Assembly: GCA_039199695.1 (NCBI GenBank)
Contig: JBCCST010000010.1
Location: 16,635-80,634, forward strand
Reading direction: 5' to 3'
Source of the DNA: Planctomycetota bacterium
GTDB lineage: Bacteria; Planctomycetota; Phycisphaerae; Phycisphaerales; Phycisphaeraceae
DNA length: 64,000 nucleotides
In this document: positions 18,197 to 29,156 of the stretch, one piece after another
How the letters are laid out: each line of letters starts with the position of its first letter
Position numbering within the stretch: position 1 is the first letter of the stretch
Made by a program: the position numbers and the translations under genes
Notes under the pieces: model-generated
The model's database searches: none
What the model was told of the DNA's origin: nothing
The model's input: only the letters and a program-made list of their open reading frames with translations

Positions 18197-19372
18197 TTGT
18201 TCATGAATCGCGACGGTTTATTTTGTGTGGGAAGTTTGACCCTGATCGCAGTGACTTTTCTGGTCAACGCCAATCTCACCGATGGGGCAAGCTCGGCTGA
18301 GTCTAAGGCCGAACTTGGCCCTACGGCCCTTCGCACCGCCTACTCCAAGCCCCCCGCCGAGTGGCCGGCGATGATTGTGGATGAGGGCGTTGACGCCGTC
18401 GAGTTGGGCCTGCTGCCCGATGTAGAGTTCCCCGACGACAACCCGTACACCAAGGAAAAAGCCGAACTCGGGCGTCAGCTGTTCTACGACCCCCGGTTAT
18501 CGGCCAGCGGGGAGATGGCGTGCGCTTCGTGTCACGACCCGGACCTCGGCTGGGCCGACGGGCGGACCGTGTCGTTCGGCCGACAACGCCTGGAACTGCA
18601 TCGCAATGCGCCCACCGCGATGAACTCCGGGCACACGGACGTCCTGTTTTGGGACGGCCGGGCCGACTCGCTGGAGGACCTGACGCTCAAGGTCATCGAA
18701 AACGAAGACGAGATGCACGGCGTCGGCGAAGAGGTCGCGAAAATCATCAACGACATCCCCGAATACCGCGAACAAGTCAAGGCCGTGTTCGGCGAAGACG
18801 AAGTCACCATCAACGCGATCACCAAGTCCGTCGCGACCTTCATCCGTACGATCAACGGCGGCCGCAGCGACTTCGATCGCTTCCTCAAAGGCCGGCCCGA
18901 CGCGTTGTCCGACGCGGCGCTGCGCGGCCTGCACCTGTTCCGTACCAAAGCGTTGTGCATGAACTGTCACCACGGCCCGACGCTGTCGGACAACCTCCTG
19001 CACGCCACCGGCCTATCACTCTACGGCACGCTCCGCGAGGACCTCGGGGCCTATCACGTCACCGGCGACCCCGATGACTCTGGCAAGTTCAAGACACCGC
19101 CGTTGCGGCACGTATCCCGCACCGGGCCGTACATGCACCACGGGCTGTTTGAGTCTCTGCTGGTGACCGTGCGGGCGTACAACGGCGGGATGATCGAGCC
19201 GCGGCCGAAGAAAGACCGGCCCAACGATCCGCTGTTGCCGAAGAACTCGCACCTGCTGCACGAACTAAACCTGACCGATTCGGAGCTACACGACCTCGTA
19301 GCGTTCCTCGAGTCCTTAGAAGAACCCCACCGCCGGGTGCTGCCGCCGAAGCTGCCGCCGTTTACGGAGTGA
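18197..19372 (+). CDS. Di-heme cytochrome c peroxidase superfamily enzyme, MauG/MbnH-like
   Basis: Signal peptide, two CxxCH motifs (CASCH, CMNCH), LFWDGRA and FKTPPLRHVSRTGPYMHHG..VRAYN. Confidence 0.85.
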   Translation: MFMNRDGLFCVGSLTLIAVTFLVNANLTDGASSAESKAELGPTALRTAYSKPPAEWPAMIVDEGVDAVELGLLPDVEFPDDNPYTKEKAELGRQLFYDPRLSASGEMACASCHDPDLGWADGRTVSFGRQRLELHRNAPTAMNSGHTDVLFWDGRADSLEDLTLKVIENEDEMHGVGEEVAKIINDIPEYREQVKAVFGEDEVTINAITKSVATFIRTINGGRSDFDRFLKGRPDALSDAALRGLHLFRTKALCMNCHHGPTLSDNLLHATGLSLYGTLREDLGAYHVTGDPDDSGKFKTPPLRHVSRTGPYMHHGLFESLLVTVRAYNGGMIEPRPKKDRPNDPLLPKNSHLLHELNLTDSELHDLVAFLESLEEPHRRVLPPKLPPFTE

Positions 19373-19483
19373 TTCGGCTCAGGGCCGTTGTAATTAAACA
19401 AGCCTAGCGAATACTGGCCTCACGGCGTCGCGCGTCTACGTTTAGCGGGTGACGCGAAGCGTCCCGCGTTTGCTCTTCACGCG

Positions 19484-20662
19484 TCACGGAAAGATCGCGT
19501 CGAGGATCGGCTGCCGCCAGATCATCACGACGAGCGTTGCCCCGCAGAGATACGGGCCGTACGGGATGACGCGGACTTTGCCCTTGACCAGCGCCGCGAC
19601 GCCGGCCGTGACCACAGCCGCGATGATGCCGAAGAACGGGGCGATGAAGAACGCCAGCGTCGTGTCCCGCCAGCCGATCACCGCGCCAACCGCGGCCATC
19701 AGGTGGACATCACCCAGCCCCATCGCTTCCTTACCGAAGCCCAGCGTGCCGAGGACGCGGGTGGCCCAGACGATCCCGCCGCCGGCGAGGTAGCCCAGCA
19801 ACACGCCGCCAATGGCCTGCCAAAGCGGGTCGCGGACGACCTCGCCCTCGGCCGTGGCTTCCGCGGCGAAGACGAATTGATCAAGCACGAAACCAACCCC
19901 GGCCCCCACGAGTGGAAAGATCAGGAACAGGAGTTCCTTACCGATCTCACGCCGCGGGTGCGGGTGGACCAAGATGAGATTCGGGTCGTCGGGGTCCGCG
20001 CCCTCCGGCAACGGGATTTCCTCGGCGAAACTCAATGGCAAGATTTTCATCTGCAGCAATATGATCGCCACGATCAGCCCCGCCGTGCCGCCGATCGCCA
20101 AGCCGATTTGGTCGGTTACCGGGATGAGCATGTCGTAAGACTGCCCCACCGCTAACAACTCTGCGGGCACCCAACCCATCGCCACCGAGCCCGGCAACAC
20201 CAGGATCGCCACGCCCGCCGCAATCCACGTCAGGCTCAAAGGGATGATGTAGAGCTTCGCGTCGATCATCGTCGCCGCGATCATGCACGACAACAGCACG
20301 AGGTGAACCGCCAAAACGGGCCAGGTGTCGACTAACTCCGATCCCGCGAACGGCATCCGCAGATCGGTGAAGTAGTACGCATACGTCAACCCGAAAAACA
20401 GGAGCGCCGTTGCCGATTCGACCAGCGGATACTGGACGCTGATCTTCATTTTGCAGTTGCGGCACTTGCCTTTGAGCCACAGCCACCCCAGCACCGGCAC
20501 GTTGTCGTACGCCGCCAACTTCTTCTCGCACCCCGGGCAACGCGACGGCGGCGAGATCACGCTCAGCCCCGCCGGCACGCGGTAGATCACGACGTTGAGA
20601 AAACTCCCCACGCATGCGCCCCAGACGGTCAGCAGAATGAGGGCGAAAACTTCAATGGGCAT
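19484..20662 (-). CDS. pilD: Type IV prepilin peptidase/N-methyltransferase (PilD-like)
   Basis: GSFLNVVIYRVP, Zn motif SRCPGC..KCRNC, and catalytic Asp motifs MIDAKLYIIP and MGLGDVHL. Confidence 0.85.
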   Translation of the reverse strand: MPIEVFALILLTVWGACVGSFLNVVIYRVPAGLSVISPPSRCPGCEKKLAAYDNVPVLGWLWLKGKCRNCKMKISVQYPLVESATALLFFGLTYAYYFTDLRMPFAGSELVDTWPVLAVHLVLLSCMIAATMIDAKLYIIPLSLTWIAAGVAILVLPGSVAMGWVPAELLAVGQSYDMLIPVTDQIGLAIGGTAGLIVAIILLQMKILPLSFAEEIPLPEGADPDDPNLILVHPHPRREIGKELLFLIFPLVGAGVGFVLDQFVFAAEATAEGEVVRDPLWQAIGGVLLGYLAGGGIVWATRVLGTLGFGKEAMGLGDVHLMAAVGAVIGWRDTTLAFFIAPFFGIIAAVVTAGVAALVKGKVRVIPYGPYLCGATLVVMIWRQPILDAIFP

Positions 20663-20669
20663 CGGGAAA

Positions 20670-20766
20670 ATTTCGGACTTGAGATTTCAGATTTCGGAGA
20701 AAGTCGACCTTGGTCTATCGGCAAGCTCGGGGCCCGAACCGAAATCCACAATCCCAAATCCGAAAT
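20670..20766. repeat. Heptamer-unit inverted repeat element 2 (ATTTCGG-type)
   Basis: Left arm ATTTCGG ACTTGAG ATTTCAG ATTTCGG. The reverse complement of the right arm (20739-20766) is ATTTCGG ATTTGGG ATTGTGG ATTTCGG, matching at 23/28 positions. Spacer is 41 nt. Confidence 0.85.
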
Positions 20767-20791
20767 CGAGAGTTCAATCGGCCTCGATGGC

Positions 20792-21004
20792 TTAATCAGA
20801 TTCCGATATGGATTGATCCTCGGTCAACTCCGCGATCTTCTTCTCGGCCGAATCCAAAATTGATCGGCAGCGTTGGATCAGCTTCGTGCCGTCTTCGTAT
20901 CGCTTGAGCGCGTCTTCCAGGCCGATCTCGCCGGACTCGATCTGCTCGATCAGGCCCTCCAGTTGATCCACCGCTTGCTCAAAACTCGGAGCTTTTTTAC
21001 TCAT
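20792..21004 (-). CDS. xseB: Exodeoxyribonuclease VII small subunit
   Basis: SFEQAVDQLEGLIEQIESGEIGLEDALKRYEDG..L..AEKKI, adjacent to xseA. Confidence 0.92.
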   Translation of the reverse strand: MSKKAPSFEQAVDQLEGLIEQIESGEIGLEDALKRYEDGTKLIQRCRSILDSAEKKIAELTEDQSISESD

Positions 21005-21021
21005 GCCGTCATTATCCCGAT

Positions 21022-22332
21022 TCACGCGAAGAGTGTCGGCTCGCCGTCGGCGTTCTTCATCGGCTTAGCTCGTCGCGGCTTTCGCGTCGGCTTCGGTGGC
21101 TCACCGCCGTCCACCGTAGACATCACGCGGCCGTCGGCCAGTACCGTGGTCAGCCGACTTCCGGAATTGGCATCGGCCACGGAACGCAGCAGCTTACCGT
21201 CGTCGGCGAGGGTGTAGCTGTAACCGCGTTTGAGGACGTTGGTCGGGGCGACCGCGTCGAGCGTGCGGGCCATCGCTTCCAGCCGTTTACGATCGTCGGC
21301 CACCCGGCGGGGCAAGGCCGCGGTCAGTAGTTGCTCAAGTCCATCGACACGCTGCCGGGCCTGATCCACGAACCGCTGGGGGTTTTGAAACAGCGGATGG
21401 CGGGCCGCGGCGTCGAGGCGGTGGCGGGCGACCTCGGCGTGTCGCCGAAGGGCCAGCGTCATCCGCCGTTCGAGTTGTTCGACCTGTTGCTCCAGCACCG
21501 CCCGGTCGGGCACCAGGGTCATCGCGGCTTGCGTCGGCGTAGCGCAGCGCAGGTCCGCGACCAACTCGGCGACCGTCGTGTCCGTCTCGTGGCCGATCGC
21601 GGCGACGATCGGCAGCGTGCAGTCGTAGACCGCATCCGCCACGATCCGCTCGTTGAAGGCCCATAGGTCCTCAAGGCTGCCCCCGCCACGGGTCAGCAAC
21701 ACCGCGTCGATCCCGAGCTTGGCCCCGTATTCGGAAAGATGGTGCAAAGCAGCCGCGATCTGTGGGGCCGCGTCGTCGCCCTGCACCCGCACATCGACCA
21801 AGACCAGTTCGCAGCCCGCCCAACGTTGGCCGGCGGTGTTGATCACGTCCTGCAACGCCGCAGCCGACCGCGAAGTCACCACCGCGATCTTTCTCGGTAC
21901 CCCCGGAAGTGGTTGCTTGTGATTAGGGTCGAAGTAACCCCGCCCGCGCAACTCTTCGATCATCGCCCGCAGCGCGAGTTCACGCGCGCCCTCGCCGACG
22001 GGGGCGAGTTGGTCGACGTAGAGCTGCACGCTGCCCTGGGCATCGTAGAAATCGATCCGGCCGGTGGCGACGACCTCCATGCCGTCGCGAACGGGGAAGC
22101 CGACCTTGCGGGCCGCCGACGCGAACATCACCGCCCGGATCGAAGCGTCGTGGTCCTTGAGACTGAAAAACCAGTGGTTGCGGTCCGACAGGTTCGAGAC
22201 CTCTCCGACCACGCGGACGCGGCTTGGCAAGTTCTGGGTCAACGCGGATTTGATGCGATCGGCCAACTCGGCGACCGACCACGGCGTATCGTCGCAGGGC
22301 GAAGTCTCGGGCGATTCGGAAAACAGGGCCAT
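21022..22332 (-). CDS. xseA: Exodeoxyribonuclease VII large subunit
   Basis: OB-fold segment (VVGEVSN..HWFFSLKD), TRGGGSLEDLWAFNE, AIGHETD, TPTQAA and LKRGYS. Confidence 0.95.
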   Translation of the reverse strand: MALFSESPETSPCDDTPWSVAELADRIKSALTQNLPSRVRVVGEVSNLSDRNHWFFSLKDHDASIRAVMFASAARKVGFPVRDGMEVVATGRIDFYDAQGSVQLYVDQLAPVGEGARELALRAMIEELRGRGYFDPNHKQPLPGVPRKIAVVTSRSAAALQDVINTAGQRWAGCELVLVDVRVQGDDAAPQIAAALHHLSEYGAKLGIDAVLLTRGGGSLEDLWAFNERIVADAVYDCTLPIVAAIGHETDTTVAELVADLRCATPTQAAMTLVPDRAVLEQQVEQLERRMTLALRRHAEVARHRLDAAARHPLFQNPQRFVDQARQRVDGLEQLLTAALPRRVADDRKRLEAMARTLDAVAPTNVLKRGYSYTLADDGKLLRSVADANSGSRLTTVLADGRVMSTVDGGEPPKPTRKPRRAKPMKNADGEPTLFA

Positions 22333-22341
22333 CACATTAGT

Positions 22342-23475
22342 TTAGACCGTCGGCAAATCGCGCGTCAGCGTGACGCCATTGCCATGGCCCGCTTCACCGT
22401 CGGGGAAGACCGCGACGCCGTCGGGGCCGACCTTCACGCCGTCGGCGATGTCCTCGGCCAGAAGCAGGGCACCGTCCATGTCCACGTAGTCCAGCAGCGG
22501 CAAGAGTTGGCCGATCGCGCTAATGCCGACGGTGGTTTCGGTCATGCAGCCGATCATGACCTTCATGTCGAGTTCTCGCGCTCGCGCGATCATGCGTCGG
22601 GCGGGGGTCATGCCGCCGCATTTGGTGAGTTTGATGTTGATGCCGTGGAAGCAGCCGGCACAGGCTTCGACGTCGGCTTCGGTGATGCAGGACTCGTCGG
22701 CCATGATGGGCAGGTCGCTGCCGAAGTAGACCGCTTCGTGCTCGCTGCACGGCAGGTCGCGTTTCAGAGGCTGTTCAATAAACTCGACGCCGAGTTGTTT
22801 AAGCGGGCCGGAGATGCGGATCGCTTCTTCCGCGGTCCACGCGGTGTTGGCATCGACGCGGAACGTGGCGTCGGTTTCTTTCCGCAAGCGCTCGACGAGG
22901 GCCAAGTCGGTCGCTAATGAACCGGTGCCGAGCTTGATTTTGTAGACCGGGAAATCGGGGAATTCTCGGAGCTTCTCGGCCATCACCTCGGGCTCGGCCA
23001 TGCCGATGGTGTAGTCCGAAACCGGGCAGGTCGATCTATCGATGGAAAACAGTCTCCATGTCGGTTGCTGCTTCTGCTTTCCCACCAAATCGTAAGCCGC
23101 CTGATCGACCGCGCATCGAAGAAACGCAACGACGGCATCCGGCATAGAAATACCATCCGTCCGCCAACCAAGCGATGGCACTCGAGAGTTTTTACAACCA
23201 CCCTCAATCCATTCAACCCGATCATACGCTTCGGCGATCCAAGTCTCATGACCCGGCTCACCCGCGATATCCATTTGCACCGCTTCAACCATGCCTTCTA
23301 CCGTCACCCCAAAATAAGGGATCGCCGCGGCTTCGCCGTAGCCCGACAGACCCGTGTCGGGGTCGCTGAGTTCGACGATGAGGTTGTTCTGAACCGTCCG
23401 TGTGCCGTGGGCGATGGTCCAGGCGTGGCGGAGCGGGAGTTCGACGGGATGAAGTTTGAGTTCAAGGTGCGGCAT
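22342..23475 (-). CDS. Enolase-superfamily dipeptide epimerase/N-acyl amino acid racemase (DgcA/AEE-like)
   Basis: YKIKLG, RVDAN..W, FIEQP, IMADES, GINIKLTKCGG, GCMTE and YVDMDG. Confidence 0.85.
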   Translation of the reverse strand: MPHLELKLHPVELPLRHAWTIAHGTRTVQNNLIVELSDPDTGLSGYGEAAAIPYFGVTVEGMVEAVQMDIAGEPGHETWIAEAYDRVEWIEGGCKNSRVPSLGWRTDGISMPDAVVAFLRCAVDQAAYDLVGKQKQQPTWRLFSIDRSTCPVSDYTIGMAEPEVMAEKLREFPDFPVYKIKLGTGSLATDLALVERLRKETDATFRVDANTAWTAEEAIRISGPLKQLGVEFIEQPLKRDLPCSEHEAVYFGSDLPIMADESCITEADVEACAGCFHGINIKLTKCGGMTPARRMIARARELDMKVMIGCMTETTVGISAIGQLLPLLDYVDMDGALLLAEDIADGVKVGPDGVAVFPDGEAGHGNGVTLTRDLPTV

Positions 23476-23481
23476 GGAGCG

Positions 23482-24603
23482 TTACTTACCTAACTCCGCT
23501 TTGAGCGCCATGGTCGCCTCGGCCAACACCCGCGGGCCTTCGCGGTACACGTCGCACACCGGCAACTGCAACTCATCTTCAACCCGCTTGCGTTCGGCCT
23601 CGACCGCCGCGTCGTCTTTCAGCCGACGGCTGTTCATCGCGACGCCGATGAATTTGCAGGGTTGTTCGAGGTTGGCGACTTGCTCGTAAATCTTTTTGAC
23701 CGCCGGCAGCGGGGTGAGCGGCAGGTGGGGGCGGCCGTGCATATGCGGACGCTCAGCCTCATAACACAGGATCAGGCCGTCGGGCAGCGTGCCGTGCAGG
23801 AGGCCGTAGGTCACGCTGGAGTAGCTGGGGTGGACCAGCGTCGCTTGGCCTTCGATGACGAGGATGTCGTGGTGTTGGTTGCGTTTGATCAGGCGTTCGG
23901 ACGCGCCGTTGATGAAGTCGGCCACCACACAATCGATCGGAGCGCCGCCCGCGGTGGGGTCGTCGCGCTCTTCTGCGGTCATGGTCAAGGAGTTGTTGAT
24001 TCCGGGGGCGACGAGGATGCCGGTTTGGCCGGTGGCGACGAACTTGGCGTCTTGGCCCAACGCCTGAAGGCCCAGCGCGACTTCGACCGAAGCGACCATC
24101 TTGCCGCAGGAGCAGTCTTGGCCCACCGCATGGATCTTCAAACAATCGGGACGCAGGTCGAGGCGGTCAGCGACCTCGTGTTCATCGTTCTTACGGACGT
24201 CCCGCAGCGTGGCCCCGCCTTCATCGGCTGCCGCGACAATCTCGGGATCGTCGACCAGAAACTGGTGCAAGCCCGCGGTGATGTTCACGCCACGTCGGGC
24301 CGCGTCGAGGACGACGCCTCGCATCGCGGCGGGCAACCGGCCGCCGGGCGGGGCGACGCCGATCACCAATTCGTCGATGCCCCGGGCCGCCTCGCCCAAG
24401 GCCTCGAGCGACGGCACGATGGGCGTGTCGCCCCCGAAGCCCAAAGCGTGCTGCGTGGTTTGTCCGGCGGTCTGCGTGTCGATCAGGGCCACCACTTCAT
24501 CGCCGCGATACCGCAGCAGGCTGACGGCGGTTTTGGCCGACAGCGGGTTGGTCTGGCCCTCGGTCAGGATGGCGAGGTGTGGGGTCAAAGTGGGCTCCAG
24601 CAA
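23482..24603 (-). CDS. DUF1611 family protein (DgcN-like D-amino-acid N-acetyltransferase)
   Basis: AKTAVSLLRY, AGLHQFL, VGQDCSCGKM, FVATGQTGI and IEGQATLVHPSYS. Located directly upstream of the epimerase gene. Confidence 0.85.
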   Translation of the reverse strand: MLEPTLTPHLAILTEGQTNPLSAKTAVSLLRYRGDEVVALIDTQTAGQTTQHALGFGGDTPIVPSLEALGEAARGIDELVIGVAPPGGRLPAAMRGVVLDAARRGVNITAGLHQFLVDDPEIVAAADEGGATLRDVRKNDEHEVADRLDLRPDCLKIHAVGQDCSCGKMVASVEVALGLQALGQDAKFVATGQTGILVAPGINNSLTMTAEERDDPTAGGAPIDCVVADFINGASERLIKRNQHHDILVIEGQATLVHPSYSSVTYGLLHGTLPDGLILCYEAERPHMHGRPHLPLTPLPAVKKIYEQVANLEQPCKFIGVAMNSRRLKDDAAVEAERKRVEDELQLPVCDVYREGPRVLAEATMALKAELGK

Positions 24604-24698
24604 AAATTTAAATTATAGAATAACAGTTTTATGTGACCCGCATGGCCGACGTTCTCGCGGCGCCATCCGCACGGTTTTTGTCTTGATCCGTCATGTGA

Positions 24699-25826
<1,128 letters not shown>

Positions 25827-25872
25827 CCCTCGGAAAAAAGACATAACGTTTCCGACATTCAAACATGAAGCT

Positions 25873-25904
25873 AAAGCCCACGGATAGCCATCCGTGGGCT
25901 TTTT
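25873..25904 (+). terminator. Rho-independent terminator after gap
   Basis: AAAGCCCACGGAT-AGCC-ATCCGTGGGCTTTTT, a perfect 13-bp stem. Confidence 0.85.
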
Positions 25905-25921
25905 CTCGCTAACCTGAACCC

Positions 25922-26671
<750 letters not shown>

Positions 26672-26734
26672 CTGGACTTCAATGTTGACCGCACCTGCTG
26701 ACTAGCCAGTCAGCCAGGTATGGCGTTCGTCGGT

Positions 26735-27541
26735 TTACGCGTTGCCCGTGAGCTCACGCAACGCCAGCCCGATGTCGTCTTGCCGCATGAGGTGTTCCCC
26801 AACCAACACCCGGTGAACGTCCGCCTCGGCGAGGCGTTGGATGTCGTCGTGGGTGCGGATACCTGATTCGCTGACCAGGATGTCGGTGCTGGGCACTTCC
26901 TTGAGCAGTTCGAGCGTGTGGCCCACGTCCGTGGTCATAGTTTTGAGGTTGCGGTTGTTGATGCCAAGCAGTTGGTAGCCCGGGTGCGGAAACCCGACGT
27001 GCGATTTGACCTGAATCAACGATTCGTAGTCGTGGACCTCGACCAACGCGGTAAGCTTGAGTTCGGTCGCGAGGATCAGCAGGTCGATCATTTGGGCTTC
27101 GCCCAGGCACTCGGCAATCAGCAGCACCGCGTCGGCCCCGGCCGCGCGGGCCTCGTAGATCTGGTACGGATCGATGATGAAGTCTTTGCGCAGCACCGGC
27201 AGCGGGACGGCTTTCTTGATCTGAGCGATGTACTCCAGCTTGCCCTGGAAGTATTTCTCGTCGGTGAGGCAGGAGATCGCCGCGGCACCGTTTTCGTGAT
27301 AAGTCCGGGCCACCGCGACGGGGTCGAAGTCGGCGCGGATCACCCCGGCCGAGGGGCTGGCTTTTTTGACCTCAGCGATCACGCGGAGACTGCCCTTGGG
27401 CCGGGTCACCGCCGCAAAAAAATTGCGGGGCGGGTCGGCGGCCGCCGCCGCGGCTTTCACCTCATCCAGCGGCCGGGCCCGCTGAGCGGCCTCGACTTCA
27501 AGGCGTTTGTATTCGACGATTTCGTTCAACATGTCACTCAT
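26735..27541 (-). CDS. trpC: Indole-3-glycerol phosphate synthase
   Basis: IAEVKKASPSAG, SCLTDEKYFQG, LRKDFII, GINNRNL and SESGI. Confidence 0.96.
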   Translation of the reverse strand: MSDMLNEIVEYKRLEVEAAQRARPLDEVKAAAAAADPPRNFFAAVTRPKGSLRVIAEVKKASPSAGVIRADFDPVAVARTYHENGAAAISCLTDEKYFQGKLEYIAQIKKAVPLPVLRKDFIIDPYQIYEARAAGADAVLLIAECLGEAQMIDLLILATELKLTALVEVHDYESLIQVKSHVGFPHPGYQLLGINNRNLKTMTTDVGHTLELLKEVPSTDILVSESGIRTHDDIQRLAEADVHRVLVGEHLMRQDDIGLALRELTGNA

Positions 27542-27561
27542 GAGCCGCACAGGATACCGGA

Positions 27562-27664
27562 TAGGCGCTAGCCGTTGGCCGTTAACCGCTAGCCCGCAAC
27601 CGAATATCGGCCAGCAGCGTATCCCGCGAGATGGTTCGGGCTAACGGCGAACGGCTAGCGCCTA
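27562..27664. repeat. Heptamer-unit inverted repeat element 3 (GCCGTTA/GCGCTAG-type)
   Basis: Left arm TAGGCGCTAGCCGTT GGCCGTT AACCGCT AGCCCG. The reverse complement of the right arm (27637-27664) is TAGGCGCTAGCCGTT CGCCGTT AGCCCG, so the arms differ by one 7-nt unit. Spacer is 40 nt. Confidence 0.85.
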
Positions 27665-27696
27665 ACGGCTCCGGCCCCATCGTGTATCTTGCAGCG

Positions 27697-29121
27697 ATGG
27701 CCAAAGTCAAAACCCAATTCGTCTGCCGGAGCTGTGGCGCGATGTCGCCGCGGTGGATGGGCAGGTGCCCCGAGTGCGGCGAGTGGGACGGGCTCGAAGA
27801 GGTGAAGCAGGCGGGCAAGGGGGCTGGCCTCGACCCACACCGCGGCATCGCCCCGCCGACCGACGGTGACCACGCCGAGGCCAAACCGATCACGGCCGTG
27901 GTCGAGGGCGACGAGCAAGCGGCCGGACGGATCGCCACGGGGATCGGAGAGTTTGACCGCGTGCTCGGCGGGGCCGAGCCGCTCCGCGGCATCGTTCCAG
28001 GCAGCGCCACCATGCTCGGCGGCGACCCGGGGATCGGCAAATCCACGCTGATGCTGCAGGCGGCGATCGCGTTGGCCCGGCGGGGGCAGACGGTGTTGTA
28101 CGTCACCAGCGAAGAGTCGGCCGGTCAACTCCGGCTGCGGGCCGAGCGTTTGGCCACCACCGAGCCCGACGGCAAGCCGACCGACGAAGGCTTACCGCAA
28201 GAACTGTTTGTGCTGGCCGACACCAATCTCGCCCGCATCGCGGACCAGGCCCGCAAGCTCAACCCGGTGCTGCTGGTGATCGACTCGATCCAAATGGTCT
28301 ACAAGGGCGATCTGGCCGCAGCCCCCGGCAGCGTGACGCAGCTGCGGGCGTGCTGCCTCGAACTGGTCTACCACGCCAAGTCCACGGGCAGCGCGTTGAT
28401 GCTCGTTGGCCACGTCACGAAACAGGGCGCGCTCGCGGGGCCACGGCTGCTCGAACACATGGTCGACACCGTGCTCTACTTCGAGGGCGACCGCTACCAC
28501 AGCCACCGCGTGGTCCGCGGCGTCAAGAACCGTTTCGGCAGCACGCTCGAAGTCGGCTTGTTTGAGATGACCGACCGCGGGCTGCTCGAGGTGCAAGACG
28601 GCGCGGGCCTGCTCGCGGCCGAGTACCAGCCACGCAGCGGGAGCGTGGTCTGCCCGGTGTTGTCGGGCACGCGGTGCCTGCTCATCGAGATGCAAGCCTT
28701 GACCGCCACCGGTTTCCTCGGCTCGGCCAAGCGCAAGGTCTCCGGCCTGGACCGCTCCCGGCTCGACATGCTCATCGCGGTGCTCGAAAAACGTGGCGGG
28801 CTGCGGCTGGCCGATCAGGATGTGTTCGCGTCCAGCGTGGGCGGGATGCGCGTGGGCGAACCCGCGGCCGATCTTTCCTTGGCCTTGGCGATCGCGGGCG
28901 CCCACTTGGATCGGCAACTCGACCACGGCACATGTGCCGTCGGTGAACTCGGCCTGGGCGGCGAGGTCCGCAGCGTGCAGCAGGCCGAGCGACGGATCGT
29001 CGAGGCGGCCCGGATGGGTTTCAAACGGATTGTTTGCCCGGACGCCCGTTGGCCGAAGATCAAGGGAGCGGAATTGGTGCCGATCAAGACGCTGGACCAC
29101 GCGCTCCAGCAGTTGAACTAA
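27697..29121 (+). CDS. radA: DNA repair protein RadA/Sms
   Basis: Zn finger (FVCRSCG..WMGRCPECGEW), GGDPGIGKSTL, KNRFG and a Lon-like C-terminal domain. Confidence 0.96.
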   Translation: MAKVKTQFVCRSCGAMSPRWMGRCPECGEWDGLEEVKQAGKGAGLDPHRGIAPPTDGDHAEAKPITAVVEGDEQAAGRIATGIGEFDRVLGGAEPLRGIVPGSATMLGGDPGIGKSTLMLQAAIALARRGQTVLYVTSEESAGQLRLRAERLATTEPDGKPTDEGLPQELFVLADTNLARIADQARKLNPVLLVIDSIQMVYKGDLAAAPGSVTQLRACCLELVYHAKSTGSALMLVGHVTKQGALAGPRLLEHMVDTVLYFEGDRYHSHRVVRGVKNRFGSTLEVGLFEMTDRGLLEVQDGAGLLAAEYQPRSGSVVCPVLSGTRCLLIEMQALTATGFLGSAKRKVSGLDRSRLDMLIAVLEKRGGLRLADQDVFASSVGGMRVGEPAADLSLALAIAGAHLDRQLDHGTCAVGELGLGGEVRSVQQAERRIVEAARMGFKRIVCPDARWPKIKGAELVPIKTLDHALQQLN

Positions 29122-29156
29122 CCCGGCGAGTCGCCGGAACGATCAGGGAAGACACG

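Noticed and set aside
18197-19372. Classical bacterial cytochrome c peroxidase
   Set aside because: Tyr rather than Met sits at the predicted distal ligand position of heme 2, so the family-level call was kept.
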